Shown here piece after piece: positions 57,752 through 64,000 of a stretch of DNA of 64,000 bases. Source of the stretch: Octopus vulgaris (Eukaryota). The position numbers and the translations under genes were made by a program. Below the pieces are notes generated by a model. It was not told the origin of the DNA and did not search any database. It saw nothing but the letters and a program-made list of their open reading frames with translations. The stretch lies in contig OX597814.1 in assembly GCA_951406725.2 (NCBI GenBank), positions 180,482,001 to 180,546,000 on the forward strand. The letters are read 5' to 3'. The first letter of the stretch is position 1. The number at the start of each line of letters is the position of its first letter.

Positions 57752-57850
57752 ACATTCGTGTTCCACAATTGATAGTGGTCAACGCATGAAAGTACTAGTT
57801 TTAAATTGTAAATAAAACGTGAAAATCAGACTAGGTTGGAATTTCATTGA
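57566..57850. repeat. Fold-back mini-element (arms ~57566-57675 / 57781-57850) around (TAG)n
   Basis: TCAATGGAATTCTAACCTAGTCCGATTTTCACGTTTTATT is mirrored by AATAAAACGTGAAAATCAGACTAGGTTGGAATTTCATTGA, and ACTAGTACTTTCATGCGTT is also mirrored. Confidence 0.85.
57653..57694 (-). ncRNA. Minimal type I hammerhead ribozyme, perfect core
   Basis: Minus strand: ATAAAC-CTGATGA-T-TGCG-TAA-CGCA-T-GAAA-GTAC-TA-GTTTAT. 6-bp stem I, palindromic stem III AGTACT, CUA site. Confidence 0.85.
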
Positions 57851-59038
57851 ATAATATATTCTTCTATATGCAATCATATAAACTCGGATATATATATATA
57901 TAAGATTGTTGCAACGAACAGGAGAATGTGTAACAGAATTAAAAGTAAATCATTTATTAGGTCAGCCTGAATCGGAATTAACTGGGTACCCCTGGTTACA
58001 TCAGTTGCGAAAATTTGCAGTCTGATTATTTCAGAAGACTTTTCAGATATCTGATGGATATAAACATTCGCGAAATTCACTGTGTTACAGGCGATCCATT
58101 TTTACTCTCACAGTCGAAAGTAAAATGAAGCAGATATTGGCTCGTTGAGAACCTGTAGCAAAGGGTACTGTTGTTAACAAATTACAGTATATAATAAAAT
58201 ATACGACTCATTAAGAAATAGTGACCCTATATGAAGACTATCTTGTATTTGTGTAGTATACTTGAGATAAAGTCAAACTGGTCGTTATTACCTTCTTATC
58301 ACGTGGCATTTATATAAATACTTTGGGATTAGACAAATCTGGTTATGCAAAACTCTTTTAATGATGAAATATTCGCACCTGATTACACAGTACTCAGCAG
58401 TATGAAATTACATATGAAAAATTATATTCACTGAAAGGTGGATAAATTAGCTGCAGTTAAGAGTTTTGGGGCATGGCCACAGCAGGGCGACAAAATACAG
58501 AGTGCAGAATCTACAAACGGTTGTAGTACCGAAATAGTCGGCTGTGGTTGTAACTCTTCTTTATACGTTTACGAATTTCCTCAATTACTTACACATTGAA
58601 AAATTTACCACTTTAATGAAAGAAACTACATATGTACAAACTCTACATTATTCTAAATTGTACACAGTAATTTCCCTTCTCCGCAGTGGTATTAAATATC
58701 TCTAACATTTATCATATTGTTCAAGAGCCTCTTGATCAATGAAATAACGTTGCCACTCACTGACAGCTGCTTTTCACTAATATCAGCGAAGAATAAGTTC
58801 TAACAAGCTACTTTCTAAGTGAAGAGGTACTCAGTTTTATGTGATTTTTGGTCGCTGCAATGAATGCAAGGCGAAACAAGTACATCGAATGTGCTGTCTG
58901 AAGGGTCTTAAATAGTTATATAAAAAGCGAAAGTAGAGGACACGATAGAAAAAGAGAGAACTAAAAGGATTTGAAAGGTGTTACGATTTTCTTTGTTTCA
59001 TTACATTAGATAATACCCATCACATACATGATAGTGAT

Positions 59039-59100
<62 letters not shown>

Positions 59101-59139
59101 ATACATACATACATACATACATGCATACATACATACATA

Positions 59140-59341
59140 CAAAAATACATAACAAAAACACCAGGACTTACAAACACATATAACATACAGAAAATTGCAC
59201 TACTAGGCACTGCACACATCCTACGCAGAACAATTTCCATACAATAACCATCAGAGCATCACAACAAATCACAGCACATACCCAAGGCACACAGAGCTGC
59301 GCTCGGTAGTGAAGTGAAAGCACGCTATAAAAATAAAACTA

Positions 59342-59347
<6 letters not shown>
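59140..59347 (+). mobile_element. 3'-end copy of Dong family A
   Basis: KYITKTPGLTNTYNIQKIALLGTAHILRRTISIQ* plus the family A UTR, then (TAA)n. Confidence 0.9.
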
Positions 59348-59407
<60 letters not shown>

Positions 59408-59883
59408 TGTCTTGGTATAAAAGATGGGCTACAGCAAATATTCTGCTCAATACCACATATTTGCTTGTCAGTTGTTTGACCTTAACCAGTTGAGCATGTC
59501 CCTTAGTGGCTGACGATATGTGCATCTCTGATCACGAGCAGAAGTAGTGGGGGAGCATCATAGCCATGTGTTGAGAGGGATTCTTTGGGGTTTGAATAGT
59601 TCACCTCTGGAAACATGGGTGGTTCTTTCAACATCCTTAAACAACCCTTATTCAGGGACCGTTTGAGCGGGATGGGCTACTCAACCTGAAGAAAATTCTA
59701 ACTGGGCCCCACCTGCAAGGTCATGTGCTGTTTATCTTGATATGAGATCACCATGTCGCGCACATATGGTTGTGATGCATGTGCCTGGTGTACCTTTATC
59801 AGACGGGTAGTCATGATGGGTATATTGGGCTTCGTATATTTTACCCCAGTGTCACTTTGATGGCATGAACTGCTCTCTCACTC

Positions 59884-59886
<3 letters not shown>
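59408..59886 (+). mobile_element. Unclassified non-coding ~480-bp insert between (TAA)n tracts, possibly a retroelement 3'UTR
   Basis: GC-richer block with sharp boundaries at TAA repeats and no ORF. Confidence 0.45.
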
Positions 59887-59914
<28 letters not shown>

Positions 59915-59993
59915 TTAATAATAATAATAATTATTATTATTATTATCATCATTATTATTATTATTATTAGTATCATTATTATTATTGTTGTTA

Positions 59994-60032
<39 letters not shown>

Positions 60033-60035
<3 letters not shown>

Positions 60036-60101
60036 TATAGGATTGAGGTAACTCCTCCAGAAGATATAGAAGCAAAAAAAAAGAAAACTGCCATTGTTAT
60101 C

Positions 60102-60200
<99 letters not shown>

Positions 60201-60244
60201 TGTGTGTATGCATCTTCTGGAGGTGTTACCTCAATCCTATAAAT
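60033..60244. repeat. 33-bp inverted repeat flanking (TA)n(TG)n
   Basis: ATTTATAGGATTGAGGTAACTCCTCCAGAAGAT / ATCTTCTGGAGGTGTTACCTCAATCCTATAAAT, one mismatch. Confidence 0.9.
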
Positions 60245-60371
60245 ATTAACCAAAATGAAGTAGATTGACAAGTCTATTTTTTGAACCTGTGGAAAACACA
60301 GGAGATGTCGAAATATCGATAACTTGATAACAATGGCTCTCTTCTTTTTTTGCTATTATTATTATCATTAT

Positions 60372-60526
60372 TCAGTAGTTTTATTTTTATAGCGTGCTTT
60401 CACTTCACTACCGAGCGCAGCTCTGTGTGCCTTGGGTATGTGCTGTGATTTGTTGTGATGCTCTGATGGTTATTGTATGGAAAGTGTTCTGCGTAGGATG
60501 TGTGCAGTGCCTAGTAGTGCAATTTA
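60372..60526 (-). mobile_element. 3'-end copy of Dong family A
   Basis: Nearly identical to 10727-10882, with TTA repeats on both sides. Confidence 0.9.
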
Positions 60527-61091
60527 TCATTATTATTATTATGGCTGGATTCTAACCCGGACCACAATCACATGTGTATTGGTTTCTAATATAGGCACAA
60601 GACCACGCATATTAAGATATAGTGAGATTGTGTCCACATGCAACCATGACCGCTACATAATTTATTAACGACGGAAAAGGCGAAAACAGAAGGGGTTTGA
60701 ATTGAGAACGTCAAGAACATTCAGTAAACACTGCAAAGTAGTTTTCTACCAGCGCTGCTTATTCAAATGTCATAAACGAAAATCATTCGTTTGTCAATAT
60801 TTCTTAATTGTAATGCGGCGAGCACGTCGGACAAAATGTTTAGCATTATTTCGTCCGCTTTTTACGTTGTGAGTTCAAATTCCGACGAGGTCGTCTTTAC
60901 TTTTTATCCTTTCGAAGTCGTTAAAATAAGTACTCGTTGAGAACTGAGGTCGATATAATCGACTTATCCCTCCCCCGAACTTGAGACAAAATTAGAAACC
61001 AATGTTTCTCAATTGTAATATGCCGGCCATTAAGATTCAAACGTATATCGCTTTATAGTTAGATCTTCTTTATTTGTGCGTGCGTGTGTGT

Positions 61092-61183
<92 letters not shown>

Positions 61184-61483
61184 GATTGTGTGCTAAAATT
61201 ATGCTGGTTTGAATATTCAGAAAGAAAACTGTGTTAGATCACAACAGAATATCAAATTCTGTTTTGACGCTTAGAAGCGCGTATTTCATGTATGTAATTT
61301 AGACTTATTGCAGATAATACTAGATTTTATATTTTGTATTGTTTTCCTTTCATGTTTATACCCTTGTGTTTTCATTCAAAATATTTGCTCCCGTTTACTG
61401 TATAGAGCATTGCAATTCATACAAAGGAGACAGCAGGACATGGAAACATATCCGTTAGATTTTCCTATCAAGAGTATCTACAT

Positions 61484-61895
61484 AGGCGCAGGAGTGGCTG
61501 TGTGGTAAGTAGCTTGCTAACCAACCACATGGTTCCGGGTTCAGTCCCACTGCGTGGCATCTTGGGCAAGTGTCTTCTGCTATAGCCCCGGGCCGACCAA
61601 TGCCTTGTGAGTGGATTTGGTAGACGGAAACTGAAAGAAGCATGTCGTATATATGTATATATATGTATATATGTGTGTGTGTGTATGTGTTTCTGTGTCT
61701 GTGTTTGTCCCCCTAGCATTGCTTGACAACCGATGCTGGTGTGTTTACGTCCCCGTCACTTAGCGGTTCGGCAAAAGAGACCGATAGAATAAGTACTGGG
61801 CTTACAAAGAATAAGTCCCGGGGTTGATTTGCTCGACTAAAGGCGGTGCTCCAGCATGGCCGCAGTCAAATGACTGAAACAAGTAAAAGAGTAAA
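61484..61895 (+). mobile_element. CORE-type tRNA SINE
   Basis: A/B-box-like TGGCTGTGTGG and GGTTCAGTCCC, CORE-like CTTGGGCAAGTGTCTTCT, and an AGTAAAAGAG tail. Confidence 0.85.
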
Positions 61896-61899
61896 GAGT

Positions 61900-62280
61900 A
61901 TACCTTCTTCGATATATTATCCGAAAGGCTGAAATGGCAGACGTATTTCATAGACAACGGTAAACTTGAATCCGATGAAGATACGGAATATGGTTTAATT
62001 CTGCAAAAGTTCACCTCCGAACAAATATCTGAATTCCTTTGAAAGGGATTTATTCATCCTTATAAAATCACATCAAATTTCGACAGAGCAAAGTAGATTC
62101 CAAAAACACTTTAAAATCTGCCTAAATTCTTTGGCCAACGATGACAAAAAATACATGTCCATTCAGGTAGGACTAATAAGCTCTCTAACATATAATGGAT
62201 TACTATCAAACCTAAGAATAATATATAAAAAGAAACCTACACTAAATCTTACAAACATGTAGCAAGCATTCCTGTCTAAT
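61900..62280 (+). mobile_element. Degenerate PLE RT N-terminal remnant
   Basis: RLKWQTYF and FERDLFILIK..RFQKHFK resemble the PLE RxRWKAxF / FExDL..FQ motifs; recognised from memory only. Confidence 0.4.
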
Positions 62281-62344
62281 TTGTTTGACACAATTCAACG
62301 TCCGTTAGCGCGCGCACACACACACACATATATACATACACACG

Positions 62345-62720
62345 CAGTGGTAAGTAGCTTGCTTACCAACCACATGGTCCCGGGTTCAGTCCCACTGCGT
62401 GACAACTTGGGCAAGTGTCTTCTACTATAGCCTCGGGCCGACCAAAGCCTTGTGAGTGGATTTGGTAGACGGAAACTGAAAGAAGCCCGTCGTATATATG
62501 TATATATATATGTGTGTGTGTGTGTTTGTCCCCTCCCCCCAACATCGCTTGACAACCGATGCTGGTGTGTTTACATTCCCATAACTTAGCGGTTCGGCAA
62601 AAGAGGCCGATTGAATAAGTACTAGGCTTACAAAGAATAAGTCCTGGGGTCGATTTGCTCGACTAAAGGCGGTGCTCCAGCATGGCCACAGTCAAATGAC
62701 TGAAACAAGTAAAAAGATAA
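62345..62720 (+). mobile_element. CORE-type tRNA SINE, second copy
   Basis: High similarity to 61500-61890. Confidence 0.85.
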
Positions 62721-62890
62721 AAAAAAGAAAGAAAGATATATGTGTGCGTGTGCTTGTGTATATGCGTATGTATATAGCCTTTTAATCGAAAAGGAGTGTA
62801 ACGCCCATGAACCTTTACAGAACCTCTGAGTCTAGTGGAAGAAGAAGAAACACTACGTCCTGAAAGCAGAGGCAAGACGTGAATACTTAC

Positions 62891-62989
62891 AACATTATGG
62901 ACTCCTCCAAACGGTGCCCAATGAGCTACATTGCATAGTTCAGTCAGCACAAACATATACCATCTAATGTAACAATAGTCTCCGCCTGG
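62891..62989 (-). CDS. Candidate 99-bp phase 0/0 internal exon
   Basis: TCTCTGTATCATTCAG| PGGDYCYIRWYMFVLTELCNVAHWAPFGGVHNV |GTAAGT. Only this frame is open; no homology recognised. Confidence 0.3.
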
Positions 62990-63915
62990 CTGAATGATAC
63001 AGAGACTCTACGTTAATTAAACGGAAAACATTCGAAAACTCTCTTAGAAGATATCTACTGATATATCTAATAATATATTGGCTTCGATCCCCATACATCC
63101 TATACCTAAACGTAGAATCGAACAATTCATCACTTTTGATTCAGATAAGATCTCTGGATAATTTATTTACACGTTTGATATCTTTAACCAAATTGGCTGT
63201 TTTACATTTTTTTATCATCATATACCGCCTATTCTTACATCATTCTTCTATCAAACTATCTGTCAATCAATATCTATCATTCATATATATTTTCCCTTGA
63301 TGCTTTAACAATTCCGCCGATCCATCGCTCTTTTCCGTTACATAGTAATGAGATTTCTCTCGATTACTGTCGTCCGAGTTGTTCTGCCATGAGCAAACAT
63401 TTTCCCATCACCCTACGGCACTTGACGTCCAAATCACACTGTGATTTGGTGATACGTTCCATCTCACGATTGATCTTGGTATTCCGCGAAATTGCACTAC
63501 TGTGGAAACACAATTTGCCCATGGACCTATGTGGTTCAGTGCTGAAGTTGAGGATGGGATAAGTGGAGAGTGTGTCGGTGATAAATTGGTAGTTCAGTAT
63601 TACCGTGTTCTTTAAAGTGATGTTCAGGCTATACTGAACAGTGGCACCGACAAAGTCACCAACGATATTCTGGGAAGCTTCAAGAATGCGAGAGGTAAAG
63701 CATCAATCATGAGCATAGAGAAGATCCCATACCAACACACAAGCCTCCTTTGCCTTGGCATTTGGCTACCATAGATTGAAGAAGTTACCATCGGTGTGCT
63801 AAAGTACATACAATGAACACACAACAACGCACACACACAAACACACACATATATATATATAAGTCCAAACACACACATACTCACACACACACATACACAC
63901 ATACATATATATATA

Positions 63916-63960
<45 letters not shown>

Positions 63961-64000
63961 TTGTTATCGCCATATTAATATGGCAGTCTTATAGATAACA

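Noticed and set aside
58593-58854. Minus-strand exon with CAG acceptor and GTAAGT donor
   Set aside because: Stops in all three frames; at best non-coding and unsupported.

Overview
AT-rich, microsatellite-dense eukaryotic DNA. The SINE/LINE repertoire resembles an octopod cephalopod; this is an inference. No complete host gene is visible, and most ORF-track entries are microsatellite artefacts. The window is mostly transposon debris: several R4/Dong-type RLE retrotransposons sitting in (TAA)n tracts, RTE 3' ends (one family carries three tandem C2H2 fingers), a CR1-like fragment, tRNA-derived SINEs, a DD37D (maT) Tc1/mariner, a fold-back mariner, hAT/Charlie and Helitron remnants, and Penelope-like elements (PLE). 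The best hidden signal is a set of type I hammerhead ribozyme motifs read directly from the sequence. Five are well formed (2320-2406 -, 4012-4100 +, 23780-23874 +, 24140-24197 +, 57653-57694 -) and several more are degenerate. Most lie in short fold-back elements, and one same-strand pair would excise a ~321-nt retrozyme-sized RNA. Two weak candidate minus-strand exons (6683-6852, 62891-62989) suggest the region may be intronic.
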